DNA from: an uncultured Gammaproteobacteria bacterium
GTDB lineage: Bacteria > Patescibacteriota > Patescibacteriia > JACPHY01
Direction: 5' to 3'
Assembly (NCBI GenBank): GCA_964585225.1
Contig: CAZPCZ010000017.1
Span: 1-21,888, forward strand
DNA: 21,888 bases
Shown: positions 7,989-15,918 of the stretch, piece by piece
Layout: the number at the start of each line of letters is the position of its first letter
Position numbering within the stretch: position 1 is the first letter of the stretch
The notes under the pieces: generated by a model
Database searches by the model: none
What the model was told of the DNA's origin: nothing
What the model saw: only the letters and a program-made list of their open reading frames with translations
Position numbers and translations under genes: made by a program

Positions 7989-8999
7989 ATGACGGCGCAC
8001 CAATCGGGGTTCACGTACCTCAAGACCGAGCATGAGATCGCGGCGGAGCTCGGGATTCCGGTTCCGGCGCCGATCCGACTGTTCGATCTCGACGGCCTCG
8101 GCATCGACCGCGCACAGTTCCTCGGGGACCTCGCGCCGAGCTTTCGGCAGCTCGCGTGGGACGAGTACGACGCGAAGCGCGAGCAGGTCGCGTTCCTCAA
8201 GCGCAACTTCCCGCAGCAGGTGGAACGGCTCCGCGATTTCCGCGCGCGGTACTACGCGGGGGAGACGGACCTCCGAGAGGTCCGCGACCTCTTCCGCCAG
8301 CTCGAGCACGACGCGCTGCGGAAGTTCGAGCGCATCCGGTCGTACCGGCGACGCTCCATCGCGCGGTTCGAGGTCGTCAAGGCCGACGATGTCATCTGGC
8401 ACAACCTGTGGCGTGTCGTCCAGCAAGAGTGCCACGGCTTCACGCAGAACGTTGGCCCGGACGACCCGCGAGCGATCGAGCGCATCTTCGATCCGACGGC
8501 GATCGACATCGTGCGGCATCGGGAGTTCCAGCGCCTCATCGTCGCGGTCGCGGAGATGGTTGAGGACGCGGAGACCGAGGCGGGGCGGCTGGTGCACGGG
8601 CTGACGCTCACGTTCCACCAGATGGGCCTCGAGGCGCTCGCGGATGGCGTCGCGCCGACGATGGCGCCGGAGGGGATCCACCGCGATGGCGCCGACTACA
8701 TCGTGTCCGCGCTCGTCGTGGAACGTGATGACGTCGAGGGTGGCGAGAGCGTCATCTTTTGTCCGGACAAGGAGCGGAAGTTCCTGACGGTGACGCTCGC
8801 GCCGGGTCAGGGGTTGTTCCAGGCAGACACGCTCTACACGCTCCCGACGGACCAGCAGCTCTGGCACAACGTGTCGCCGGTGGAACTCCGGGACAGCGAC
8901 GGCGACCAGCGCGGGAGCCGGAACATCTTCGGCTTCGACATCGTCATAGCGCGGGACGAACCTTCCGGTTCGCCCGCGGGCCCACTCCCTCCGCAGTAG
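7989..8999 (+). CDS. 2OG-Fe(II) oxygenase superfamily protein (PF10014-like; putative HxD...H iron site in ...PEGIHRDGADY... and ...LWHNVSPV...)
   Basis: The ATG with an RBS is preferred over the TTG at 7923, which is actually the -35 box. 336 aa. Motifs resemble the 2OG-Fe_Oxy_2 family. The gene is monocistronic, between a terminator and a terminator. Confidence 0.6.
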   Translation: MTAHQSGFTYLKTEHEIAAELGIPVPAPIRLFDLDGLGIDRAQFLGDLAPSFRQLAWDEYDAKREQVAFLKRNFPQQVERLRDFRARYYAGETDLREVRDLFRQLEHDALRKFERIRSYRRRSIARFEVVKADDVIWHNLWRVVQQECHGFTQNVGPDDPRAIERIFDPTAIDIVRHREFQRLIVAVAEMVEDAETEAGRLVHGLTLTFHQMGLEALADGVAPTMAPEGIHRDGADYIVSALVVERDDVEGGESVIFCPDKERKFLTVTLAPGQGLFQADTLYTLPTDQQLWHNVSPVELRDSDGDQRGSRNIFGFDIVIARDEPSGSPAGPLPPQ

Positions 9000-9000
9000 T

Positions 9001-9090
9001 CGCTTGCTCGCTCGTCGCAGCGTAGCAGGCAAAGCCCTACCGCCACGTTACTCCTCGCTCGCTGCGCTCTGAGATCGGTGAGCGAGGAAT
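9001..9090 (+). repeat. Structured intergenic repeat, copy B (core AGGCAAAGCCCTACCGCCAC ... CTGCGCTCTGAGATCGGTG)
   Basis: Shares the cgcttg...gtcgc(a/g)...tagc(a/g)ggcaaagccctaccgccac...ctgcgctc(t/a)gagatcgg(t/a)g blocks with 326-438, in the same orientation. It sits in the 3' UTR of the oxygenase gene. Confidence 0.5.
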
Positions 9091-9095
9091 ACAGG

Positions 9096-9132
9096 AACGG
9101 TCCGATGGCCATCGGACCGTTCATCCTTTTTC
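9096..9132. terminator. Perfect 28-bp palindrome gaacggtccgatgg|ccatcggaccgttc followed by atccttttt; terminator between convergent genes
   Basis: Seen directly. The downstream arm overlaps the stop codon of the minus-strand channel gene. The T-tract is on the + strand. Confidence 0.6.
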
Positions 9133-10332
9133 GGTGAGGAGTGAGACGAGATGTTGGGCGGCCAAGCTCGAGGTCGAGTAGGCGAAGTGGATGTTGAATC
9201 GCGTCTTCATCTCCTCCGCGATTTCCTTATCGAAGATGCGGAGGACGAGGCGGATATCTTTCCGGAGTGAGCGTGCGTTGAGACCGATCTCGAGATTTCG
9301 TATGTCCTCGCTAATCGTCGAGACGAGGCCGGCCGCGTGCAGCACGTCAGCATCCATGAGGTTCTTCGCGAGTGACGCATCGCCGATGAGAACCTTTGCG
9401 CCTGCAGAGCGGACGACATGGAGGAAAAGGTTGTTGGGGTTAGGTTCGAGCGCGATGATTTTCTCTCCACGACGGAGGAGTTCCATGGCCACATGGAACC
9501 CTGTCCGTCCAAGCCCGCAGACGATGATGTGGTTGCGGAGCGAGTACCGCTTGCGTCCAAATTCGAGCGTCTCCGTGCGTCGCTTGATGATGTAGTCCAC
9601 GATGAGTGAGAAGGCGATGAGCGTGAGGACCTGCGCGGTGAGGATGAGGATGGCGCGCGCGGTGACCATCGAGGCCGTGTAGTTGTGGACCACCGCGTCC
9701 TCGAAGTTGAGCCCGCTGATGATCGTCGCGACGAGGTAGAAACTCTGCACCCACGAGGTACCTTCGGTCCATCGGAAGAACAGCACGCCGCCCGCGATGG
9801 CGGCGAGGAGCAGGATGAGGATGTTCCGGACGATGCGGTCGACACGACCGCGCGCGAGCAGTCGTTGGTCGATGTGGAGGAGGGTGCCGTCATCTGCGGT
9901 CGTTCGTTCCTCTCGAGGGTCTCGGTCGCACCGCCTCGGATCTGCGCAGCGAACCGCATCTGCGAACGTCGCCGACGCGATCGCGTGCGGATTGAACACG
10001 TGGACGGATGGATGGCTCGCGGCGATGTGCGCGACGAGGTTCTCGTTCGTGATGGTCACGAAGATGCGGCCTCGCGTCGTGATGGCGAGTGTGGCGAGGA
10101 GGAGGTTGATGTTCCGGGAGTCAGAGTCCTCGAGGAGGCACACCGTCGGCGCCAAAGCTGCTCCGCTGGCATCGAGGACCTCCTTGGCGTGTTCGAGGTC
10201 GCTCTTCTCGAGCGTATCCTCAACGAACCGTTCGCTCGGGACGTGAGCGAACGGAATGCTTCGGGTTCGGAGTTTCTTTCCGAGCCGGAACGCCAAGTGG
10301 CTGGAGCCGACGATGAGGATGGGAGGAGCCAT
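9121..10332 (-). CDS. RCK (TrkA-N) domain ion-channel-like protein: RCK - 2TM pore-like module - RCK
   Basis: 403 aa. N-terminal and C-terminal Rossmann-type TrkA-N domains (ILIVGSSHLA..., IIVCGLGRTGFHVAMEL...). The central 2-TM segment has a pore-helix-like TIISGLNFED in place of the TVGYGD filter. Confidence 0.75.
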   Translation of the reverse strand: MAPPILIVGSSHLAFRLGKKLRTRSIPFAHVPSERFVEDTLEKSDLEHAKEVLDASGAALAPTVCLLEDSDSRNINLLLATLAITTRGRIFVTITNENLVAHIAASHPSVHVFNPHAIASATFADAVRCADPRRCDRDPREERTTADDGTLLHIDQRLLARGRVDRIVRNILILLLAAIAGGVLFFRWTEGTSWVQSFYLVATIISGLNFEDAVVHNYTASMVTARAILILTAQVLTLIAFSLIVDYIIKRRTETLEFGRKRYSLRNHIIVCGLGRTGFHVAMELLRRGEKIIALEPNPNNLFLHVVRSAGAKVLIGDASLAKNLMDADVLHAAGLVSTISEDIRNLEIGLNARSLRKDIRLVLRIFDKEIAEEMKTRFNIHFAYSTSSLAAQHLVSLLTEKG

Positions 10333-10337
10333 CGAAA

Positions 10338-10473
10338 AATTTCTAATTTCTAATTCCTAATGACTAATCAAATCCCAATACCTCGAATACCAAAATCCAG
10401 AAATAAGCTGTTTGGTTATTGGTCATTGGAGCTTGGTCATTGATTAGAAATTAGAAATTCGTCATTAGAAATT
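10338..10473. repeat. AT-rich nested palindromic island (arms aatttctaatttctaattcctaatgactaatca / tgattagaaattagaaattcgtcattagaaatt; inner ccaatacc...ggttattgg, ggtcattgg, ggtcattga)
   Basis: Roughly 30% GC against a >65% GC background. Imperfect long inverted repeats made of ttctaat units. Lies between the gyrB stop and the channel-gene start. Confidence 0.5.
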
Positions 10474-10480
10474 TAGTTGC

Positions 10481-12640
10481 TCAAATATCCAAATTCTTCA
10501 CCGTCTTCGCATGCGTCTGGATGAATTTCTTCCTCGGCTCCACCTCCGACCCCATGAGGACGTCGAAGATTGCGTCCGCTTTTTGCGCGTCATCCACGGT
10601 CACGCGCTTCAAGACGCGTCGAGCAGGGTCCATGGTCGTCTCCCACAGCTGTTCCGGGTTCATCTCGCCTAACCCTTTGTACCGCTGGATGGAAGCCTTG
10701 ATTTCGGTGGCGATTTCCTGTTTTGCGTCCTCTTTCTCCCCCTCCCTCCGGGAGGGGGAGGTGTGGGGGTGGGGCGCTTTCCTGCGTTGTTGCATCTCCT
10801 TCAGGATTCGATCCCGCTCGTCATCGCTGTACGCGTACCGCACCTCCTTCCCGACCTGGATGCGGTAGAGCGGCGGTTGTGCGATGTACACGTGCCCCTG
10901 TCGGACGAGCTCCGAGAAGTACCGCCAGAAGAGCGTGAGGAGGAGTGTGCGGATGTGCGATCCGTCCACGTCCGCGTCGGTCGCGATGATGATGCGGTCG
11001 TAACGGAGCTTCGCAATTTCGAACTGCTCGCCGATGTTCGTCCCGAGCGCGATGATGAGCGACTTGATTTCGTTGTTCGCGAGCATCTTGTCGAGCCGCG
11101 CGCGTTCGACGTTGAGGATCTTCCCGCGCAATGGGAGGATCGCCTGGAACTCGCGATTGCGTCCCGATTTCGCACTGCCTCCGGCCGAATCTCCTTCCAC
11201 AATGAACATCTCCGACGCCTTCGGGTCCCGCGAGGAGCAGTCTGCGAGCTTTCCCGGCAACGTGAGCCCCTCGAGCACGCCCTTGCGGAGCACAGTCTCC
11301 CGCGCGGCCTTCGCGGCCGCCCGCGCCTGCGCGGTGAGCAGGCACCGCGCGATGATCGCCTCGGCGTTCCGCGGGTGTTCCTCGAGGAACGCTGCGAACG
11401 CGTCGCCGAACACCGTCGCGACCGCGGTCTGCGCTTCGGGGTTCCCGAGCTTCGCCTTCGTCTGCCCCTCGAACTGGGGGTCTTTCACCTTCACGCTCAC
11501 GATCGCGGTGAGCCCCTCGCGGACGTCCTCACCGCTCAGGTTCTCGTCCTTCTCCTTCAGGTACCCCTTCGCGCGCGCGTACGCGTTGAGCGTCCGCGTG
11601 AGGGCAGTGCGGAAGCCCTGGATATGCGTGCCACCTTCGGGGTTCACGATGTTGTTCGCGAACGCGAGGACATTCTCGCGGACGTCCTTGTTGTATTGGA
11701 GTGCAACCTCCACCTGGATGCCATCAGATTCCTTATCGACGTAGCACACCGCATCGTGCGCGGGGTCCTTGCGTTGGTTCAAGTGGCGGACGAACGACGC
11801 GATCCCACCCTCGAAGTGGAAGGTGTACGTGCGGAGTGGTAGCACCGTGGCTGCCGCTTTTGGATCGAAGGCGCTCGCGAGGAGCTGTTGCCCGAGCGCC
11901 GACTCCTCCCGGAGGTCCTCAATGATGTACGTGACACCCTTCGTGAGGTACGCCTGCTGTCGGATGTGGTCGAGGATGGTCTGACGGTCAAACCGAATTC
12001 CTTCCGTGAAGATGACCGGATCCGGGTGGAACGTGACCGCGGTCCCAGTGCCGGCAGACGGCTGCCTGCCGATCGCCTTCACCTTCGCCCTCGGGACGCC
12101 GCGTTGGTACTCCTGCACCCAGAGTTGGCCATCGCGCTTCACCTCGGCCCGGAGCAACGTCGAGAGCGCGTTGACGACCGAGACACCGACGCCGTGGAGC
12201 CCGCCGGACACCTTGTACCCGCCGCCGCCGAACTTGCCACCGGCATGGAGCTTCGTCATGACGAGCTCGAGCGCGCTCGTCTTGAATTGCGGGTGCGGGT
12301 CCACCGGGATGCCGCGACCGTCGTCAATCACCTGGACGTGGTCATCGGGGAGAAGGCGGATCGTGATGCGCTTCGCGTACCCGGCCATCGCCTCGTCGGT
12401 GCCGTTGTCCACCACCTCATTGACGAGGTGGTGGAGCCCGGGGGATCCGGTCGTGCCGATGTACATCCCCGGCCGCTTGCGCACCGGATCGAGTCCCTCG
12501 AGCACCGTGATCTGCTGCGCACGGTACTCAGTCGCACTCTTCTCGCGTTTCTCTCCCACTCCCTTGGAGGGGGAGCGGGCGTGCCCCGCGGAGCCTTGGC
12601 GAAGTGGGGAGGGGGTGGACCCTCGTTTGCCCTTTGCCAT
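10481..12640 (-). CDS. gyrB: DNA gyrase subunit B
   Basis: Unmistakable GyrB motifs (VLEGLDPVRKRPGMYIGTT, HHLVNEVVDN, IQRYKGLGEMNPEQLWETTMDP, QTHAKTVKNLDI). The start is uncertain: the ATG at 12640 (MAKGKRG...) gives a ~40-aa basic Ser/Pro-rich N-terminal extension, an upstream ATG at 12688 is also open, and an internal GTG near 12559 would give a canonical-length N-terminus. Confidence 0.93.
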   Translation of the reverse strand: MAKGKRGSTPSPLRQGSAGHARSPSKGVGEKREKSATEYRAQQITVLEGLDPVRKRPGMYIGTTGSPGLHHLVNEVVDNGTDEAMAGYAKRITIRLLPDDHVQVIDDGRGIPVDPHPQFKTSALELVMTKLHAGGKFGGGGYKVSGGLHGVGVSVVNALSTLLRAEVKRDGQLWVQEYQRGVPRAKVKAIGRQPSAGTGTAVTFHPDPVIFTEGIRFDRQTILDHIRQQAYLTKGVTYIIEDLREESALGQQLLASAFDPKAAATVLPLRTYTFHFEGGIASFVRHLNQRKDPAHDAVCYVDKESDGIQVEVALQYNKDVRENVLAFANNIVNPEGGTHIQGFRTALTRTLNAYARAKGYLKEKDENLSGEDVREGLTAIVSVKVKDPQFEGQTKAKLGNPEAQTAVATVFGDAFAAFLEEHPRNAEAIIARCLLTAQARAAAKAARETVLRKGVLEGLTLPGKLADCSSRDPKASEMFIVEGDSAGGSAKSGRNREFQAILPLRGKILNVERARLDKMLANNEIKSLIIALGTNIGEQFEIAKLRYDRIIIATDADVDGSHIRTLLLTLFWRYFSELVRQGHVYIAQPPLYRIQVGKEVRYAYSDDERDRILKEMQQRRKAPHPHTSPSRREGEKEDAKQEIATEIKASIQRYKGLGEMNPEQLWETTMDPARRVLKRVTVDDAQKADAIFDVLMGSEVEPRKKFIQTHAKTVKNLDI

Positions 12641-12911
12641 ATCAGACCATCGAATCAAACAGAGAGGCCCTGGCTGTGGGCCGCTCATGCTTACCTTGAG
12701 GATACCATAGAGAGTCGCGGTATTCCAGTGTGCTCAGCCAGGATTTCCACATCTCCAATGGCTCCATTGACGGAAGTAAATTCGTCAATGCTTGACGATT
12801 CCTTCGATTTGTGTAAAGGTGTAGGCGCTCAGGGTGGCTGAGTGGGTTCGTTCCAGAGAGGACCGCTCGTTCACAACACCACACGCAACCGGATTGCGAG
12901 GAGGCACCATC

Positions 12912-13535
12912 GTGAGGACCATTCGAATCGTTGGCGTGGTGCTCCTCGTGGGCACCGTCATCGGCGGCCTCATCTGGGGCGCCTGGTATCTCGAGGAGTA
13001 CTCGAAGCGGATCAGAACCGTGGTCGTGGAGCGACCTGGCGGCGACCTCTTCGCTATCGAGATCGAGGAGCGTGAGGGTCCGATCGTCTTCGTCCAATGC
13101 GACGAGGACGAGTTCGAGGAGTCTTTCGCCGCGTTCCGGAAGTTCCTCAACGTCGAGGGGACGCCCCTCGCCGTTCCGGGAGGGCCGATGCTCATCGCGC
13201 AGGCACCTACCGAGGTGTCCGAGGAGCTCAAACCGGCCCAGCGGGCGGCGATCGAGATCCTCAAGCGGCACGCACCGCGGCGGATCATCCTCCTCGCCCA
13301 TTCGGACTGTCTGCTCTACGACACGGTCGCGGCCTGGCAGGATCGGCTCGATTCGGTGAAGCAGAAGCAGTTCGACGACCTGAAGCGTACCGTCGCCGTC
13401 ATCGAGCGCTGGCTCCCCCACACGAAGGTGGAGGTGTACTATGCGCTCCGCGACGGCAAGCAGATCCGATTCAACCCGGTGGACCTCTCACCGCGAGCGG
13501 GTCCGTCGGAGCGTGGATCGCTCGAGGGTCGCTGA
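12912..13535 (+). CDS. Membrane-anchored beta-carbonic-anhydrase-like protein, degenerate paralog (CDED instead of CxDxR; HSDC retained)
   Basis: A GTG start 7 nt after AGGAGG is preferred to the upstream start in the track. One N-terminal TM helix. Clearly paralogous to the 15919-16455 product (FVQCDEDEF~IYCTDPRYR; LAVPGG~ITVPGG; RRIILLAHSDC~RRIVCVAHQDC; KVEVYYA~PVETYFA). Confidence 0.6.
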   Translation: MRTIRIVGVVLLVGTVIGGLIWGAWYLEEYSKRIRTVVVERPGGDLFAIEIEEREGPIVFVQCDEDEFEESFAAFRKFLNVEGTPLAVPGGPMLIAQAPTEVSEELKPAQRAAIEILKRHAPRRIILLAHSDCLLYDTVAAWQDRLDSVKQKQFDDLKRTVAVIERWLPHTKVEVYYALRDGKQIRFNPVDLSPRAGPSERGSLEGR

Positions 13536-13593
13536 TCAGCAAGACCACGAACAACCTGTAGATGCGGCTCACGGACGCCGCAGGAGGTGTCAC

Positions 13594-14199
13594 ATGTTCG
13601 AGTGGGCTACATCGCTCCTCTCGGGCGCGATGGCGGAACTCATGTTCCTCGCCATCTGCATCGGGAGTGCGGTCATCACCACCTTCTCCCTCATCTTTGG
13701 GGGGGACCACGATGCCGATCACGGAGACGTCGGTGGCGACCACGGAGACGTGGGTGGCCACGACGTGCACCACGACGACGGCGACCACAGCCGCGACGGT
13801 CCCGGCTTCTTCTCGGTGCGGGGGCTCACGCTCTTCGGCACCGGCTTCGGGGGGGTCGGTTACCTCGTTCAGCACTTCACGAGCCGCACGCTCACGGCGG
13901 GAGCGTCGGGGCTTGCCGCGGGCGTCGCGCTCGCGGCGGTCGGCCTCGCCTTCATCCGCGCCTTCTACCACCAGCAGGCGTCGTCGCTCGTCCCTTCGGG
14001 GGCGATCGTCGGCGCGGTGGGTATGGTTACCACCTCGATTCCGCGCGACGGAGCCGGGGAGGCAGAGTTCACGGTCGGCGGTATCCACACGACACGGCTC
14101 GCGACGAGCGCGAACGGCGCGGCGATCGAGCGCGGGAAGACGGTGCGCGTGGTGCGCGCCGCCAGCCACGCGGTCGTCGTCGAGCTACTCGCCTCGTAG
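13594..14199 (+). CDS. NfeD-like membrane protein (YuaF/YqiJ family) with a His/Asp-rich repeat loop
   Basis: RBS caggagg. TM helices, then the GGDHDADHGDVGGDHGDVGGHDVHHDDGDHSRDG segment, then a C-terminal OB-fold-like ...GEAEFTVGGIHTTRLATSANGAAIERGKTVRVVRAASHAVVVE. Sits directly upstream of flotillin, as in yuaF-floT and yqiJ-yqiK. Confidence 0.7.
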   Translation: MFEWATSLLSGAMAELMFLAICIGSAVITTFSLIFGGDHDADHGDVGGDHGDVGGHDVHHDDGDHSRDGPGFFSVRGLTLFGTGFGGVGYLVQHFTSRTLTAGASGLAAGVALAAVGLAFIRAFYHQQASSLVPSGAIVGAVGMVTTSIPRDGAGEAEFTVGGIHTTRLATSANGAAIERGKTVRVVRAASHAVVVELLAS

Positions 14200-14238
14200 T
14201 CCAATCGAAACGAAACAACAAAGGAAAGGAGTAACACC

Positions 14239-15891
14239 ATGGGACTCGTCTCGTCATTCGGAGTACCGATCGCGATTATCGCGATCGCCATCGCCTTCCT
14301 CGGCGTCATCGTCTTCGTCGCGAGGAACTACCTCCGCTGTCCGCCGAACGAGGTGCTCGTCCTCTTCGGACGCCAGCATCGGTTCATCGGCGACGACGGC
14401 AAGGCGATCACCCGCGGCTACCGGCTCATCACCGGTGGCGCGGCCTTCCGCGTGCCGCTCCTCGAGCAGTCGAAGAGCCTGTCACTCGCGCTCTTCGCCG
14501 TCCCGGTCAAGGTCGAGGACACGCCGAACAAGGACGGCGTGCTCGTCACCATCGAGTCGGTGGCGAACGTACGCCTCTCCTCGAACCCGACGCTCCTCGG
14601 TGCCGCGGTCGAGCAGTTCCTCGGCAAGACGGGAGAGGAGATCGAGGCGATCATCCACTCGACGCTCGAAGGCATCGTGCGTCAGCTCGTCGGCACGCTC
14701 ACCATCGAGGAGATGGTGCGCGACCGCGAGGCGATCGCCCATCGGGTGATCGAGCTCACGACCGCCGAACTCGCGAAGCTCGGCGTCGAGTGCAAGAACT
14801 TCGTCCTCACGAAGGTCACGGACAAGAAGGGCTACATCGATGCCCTCGGCCGCAAGCGCGCGGCCGAAGTGCTCCGTGACGCCGAGATCGGCGAAGCCGA
14901 GGCGAAGCGCGAGGCGACGATCAAGTCGTCGACGGCGCTGCGGGAAGCCGAGGAGCAGCGGCTCAAGAACGAAGCCCAAGTCGCCGATGCGAACCGCGAC
15001 CTCGCGGTGAAGAAGGCCAAGTACGACGCGGAGACGCAGGCCGAGCAGGCCAAGGTCGCGCTCGCAGGCCAGATCGCGAAGGCCGAGCAGGAAAAGGAGC
15101 TCAAGCTCAAGGTGGTCGCGGTCGAGCAGACCGAGGTCGAAGCGAAGACGGGCGTGGCGGAGAAGCGCGCGGTTCTCGCCGAGAAGGAACTCGAGGCCAC
15201 GCGCATCAAGCAGGCCGAAGCCGAGAAGAGAGCCAGGATCATCGAGGCCGAGGCCGCGAAGCAGGCCCGGATCCTCACGGCCGAAGCCGAGAAGCAGGCG
15301 GCGATCACCGAGGCCGAGGGCCAGGCGACCGCGGCTGCATCGCAGGCCCGGGCCGCGGAAGAGCAGGCGAAGGCCACGAAGGCGGCGGCCAACGCGGAGC
15401 AGGCCCGCCTCGCGGCCCTGGGAAAGGGCGAAGCCGAGGCGCTCGAGGCGCGCGGCAGGGCGGAGGGCGAGGCCGTCAAGGCCAAGCTGCTCGCCGAGGC
15501 TGAGGGCGTCAAGGCGAAGAACGACGCGCTCGCCCAGATGTCAGAGGGCGCGCGGCTCATCCTCGTCCTCGACCGTCTGCCCGAGGTCCTCGAGCAGGGC
15601 GGTGAGGCGCTCGCCAAGGCGATCGGGCCGGCCTTCCAGGGCATCGGCGCCGGGCTCGCCGCGGTCGACAGGATCGAGATCATCGATCTCGGTAGCGGCG
15701 CGAACGGTCAGGGAACGGCGGTCGAGCGCTTCGCGCTCGCCGTGCCGCAGATCGTCCTCCGGGCGCTCACGGCCGGCCAGGCGACCGGGATCGACCTCTC
15801 GGATCTCCTCGGCAAGCTCGGCATCCGCGTGGCCCGGCAGGGCGGCGCCTCGGCGTCGGCCCCCCACGCAGACGGGTCGGAGAAGGCATAA
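14239..15891 (+). CDS. Flotillin-family SPFH (band 7) protein, FloT/YqiK-like
   Basis: RBS aaaggaaaggag. N-terminal TM, an SPFH domain, a long Ala/Glu-rich coiled coil with EA repeats (AEAEKRARIIEAEAAKQARILTAEAEKQ...), and a conserved C-terminal region. Confidence 0.9.
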   Translation: MGLVSSFGVPIAIIAIAIAFLGVIVFVARNYLRCPPNEVLVLFGRQHRFIGDDGKAITRGYRLITGGAAFRVPLLEQSKSLSLALFAVPVKVEDTPNKDGVLVTIESVANVRLSSNPTLLGAAVEQFLGKTGEEIEAIIHSTLEGIVRQLVGTLTIEEMVRDREAIAHRVIELTTAELAKLGVECKNFVLTKVTDKKGYIDALGRKRAAEVLRDAEIGEAEAKREATIKSSTALREAEEQRLKNEAQVADANRDLAVKKAKYDAETQAEQAKVALAGQIAKAEQEKELKLKVVAVEQTEVEAKTGVAEKRAVLAEKELEATRIKQAEAEKRARIIEAEAAKQARILTAEAEKQAAITEAEGQATAAASQARAAEEQAKATKAAANAEQARLAALGKGEAEALEARGRAEGEAVKAKLLAEAEGVKAKNDALAQMSEGARLILVLDRLPEVLEQGGEALAKAIGPAFQGIGAGLAAVDRIEIIDLGSGANGQGTAVERFALAVPQIVLRALTAGQATGIDLSDLLGKLGIRVARQGGASASAPHADGSEKA

Positions 15892-15918
15892 CCAGGACGT
15901 GGGAGGAGAAGAAACCCC

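Noticed and set aside
7800-7990. Possible tRNA in the spacer before the oxygenase gene (ggttacgatcc resembles a T-arm).
   Set aside because: No acceptor-stem pairing, and the distances between D-arm, anticodon and T-arm do not fit. The structure is fully explained by the two hairpins plus the promoter.
10763-11842. 359-aa + strand ORF inside the gyrB locus.
   Set aside because: Antisense to unmistakable GyrB coding sequence.
12834-12911. Upstream start of the ORF track for the membrane-anchored beta-CA-like gene.
   Set aside because: AGGAGG lies 7 nt before the in-frame GTG at 12912, which opens directly onto the TM helix. The upstream start has no RBS and sits in the divergent promoter region. 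My by-eye reading of lines 12781-13021 disagreed by one base with the ORF-track frame, so coordinates here were taken from the track offsets rather than from nucleotide counting.
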